Source of the DNA: Anthoceros angustus
Taxonomy: Eukaryota; Plantae; Anthocerotophyta
Assembly (NCBI GenBank): GCA_010909165.1
Contig: MU008186.1
Location: forward strand, 434,001-498,000
Length of the DNA: 64,000 nt
Direction of reading: 5' to 3'
Of this stretch, positions 62,841 to 64,000 are shown one piece after another; the stretch's first letter is position 1; every line of letters begins with the position of its first letter. The notes under the pieces were generated by a model. It was not told where the DNA came from, ran no database searches, and saw nothing but the letters and a program-made list of their open reading frames with translations. A program made the position numbers and the translations under genes.

Positions 62841-64000
62841 CTAGTGGTATAAGTGGGGAGGCAAGCGGGGAGTAGCAACAGCCTGCAAAGGGACGGTCTT
62901 GGGCATGGTCAATCCAAAGGTTTCCTTCATGTCCATGTGCTCAGGTGTTTGGCCCTGAGGCAGTTGCCAATCAAAGCTATGCAGTAGCTGGGCCACAGCA
63001 TAATACACATGGGTGAGGCCCAATTGTATGCCAGGACAACCTCTCCTGCCAGCTCCGAAAGGGATGAACTCAAAATTCTGGCCAGATATGTCAAAATCCC
63101 TGCAGCACACCATCACACACGTTCGGGACCACTATTGTGAGACTACTCCTGCAAAGGATTTAGCAACTTGCTGCCAAAGGCTTGGCTATATACCTTCCCA
63201 CGAATCTTTCTGGGTTGAACTCCGCAGGGCTCTCCCATACGGATTTGGCCTGTGCGATGCTCCAAATATTGACAAGCACTTGCATCCCAGCGGGGATATC
63301 GTACCCGGCAACTTGACAAGAATCGATGGCTGCATGTGGGATGAGATGTGCAACTGCAGGATGTACACGCATACTTTCTTTGACGATGGCTTGAAGATAT
63401 GGCAAATTCGAAATGTCTGATTCCTGTAGCCTGCGGTCTCGCCCAACTACAAAGTCAAGCTCCTTGTGAGCCCGTTGCATAACGTCAGGGTTGCGGATCA
63501 CCTCTGCCAGAGCCCACTCCATGGTCACTGCAGAGGTGTCCACTCCAGCACCGATCAAATCCTGCAGCAGCGAATCAACATGATACGACATCCCCGACAA
63601 GTTCTGGAAGCACGAATTCCTGCGCACAACCACTGAGGTATATTCTTAAGGTGTTCAGGTATGTTGCGCAGCAACTCACAAGTATTAGCCCTTTGATCAT
63701 GGTGTCGGTGTTGGGTACAGCTCCCTCCTCAGCCGGCAGAGAAAGCAGCACATCCATGAAGTCCTGCTCTGCTTCTGCTTTCTGCTGCACCTCATTCTGC
63801 TTTCTGTGCTCCTCCAGCACCTTGCTCAGGAACTTGTCCAGCTTTACGTGCAAATTGGCAATCTGCTTCTTGGGCCACCAGTCCACAAATGCCAGGTACC
63901 GAGAATGATCTCCCACCATCGGAATTCCGTACAAGTGGAAGAGGTCGTTCAGCGTTCGCTTGAGTTCTGTACCCTCAGATTCAGCCTACAAGGCCAGGAA
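62841..64000 (-). CDS. Cytochrome P450, CYP71 clan; 3' exons only (5' part lies beyond the window)
   Basis: [37 protein letters not shown]; GT-AG introns at the same positions as in the P450 at 1561. Confidence 0.93.

Noticed and set aside
1-64000. Lipid or specialised-metabolism gene cluster (GDSL, P450s, ssSPT, MFP)
   Set aside because: The genes are interspersed with unrelated loci, several are pseudogenes, and ssSPT and MFP are housekeeping; there is no scaffold-forming enzyme.

Overview
Eukaryotic nuclear DNA from a compact-genome, seed-free land plant that has flagellated sperm. Introns are short (mostly 80-110 nt) and the window carries the cilium genes CFAP206 and SSNA1/DIP13; a hornwort- or lycophyte-like source is my inference. 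Host genes, in order: a disrupted GDSL lipase; an intact 5-exon CYP71-clan P450; the serine-palmitoyltransferase small subunit with a U12-type intron; a conserved plant hypothetical gene; SSNA1/DIP13; a P450 pseudogene; an AT-rich intronless BTB/POZ gene; an 8-exon, ~1637-aa gene joining 2x Agenet/Tudor, B3, zf-C3Hc3H and 2x AP2 domains; intronless CFAP206; the MHX Mg2+/H+ exchanger; peroxisomal MFP; an F-box gene; a P450 fragment; and a second P450 cut by the window end. The region 28.5-52.3 kb is a transposon nest. It holds a Copia remnant with an antisense ORF and a PIF/Harbinger element whose Myb/SANT ORF is split by a full-length 16.7-kb Ty3/Gypsy element (TSD AAGGT). That element has giant LTRs (4.4 and 5.6 kb) that each appear to contain a long protein-coding frame. 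A CRE-like (RLE-type) non-LTR fragment lies at ~14 kb. The best novelty candidates are the multi-domain chromatin-reader/DNA-binding fusion gene and the retrotransposon with a gene inside its LTRs. All calls come from manual reading and motif recognition; no searches were run.
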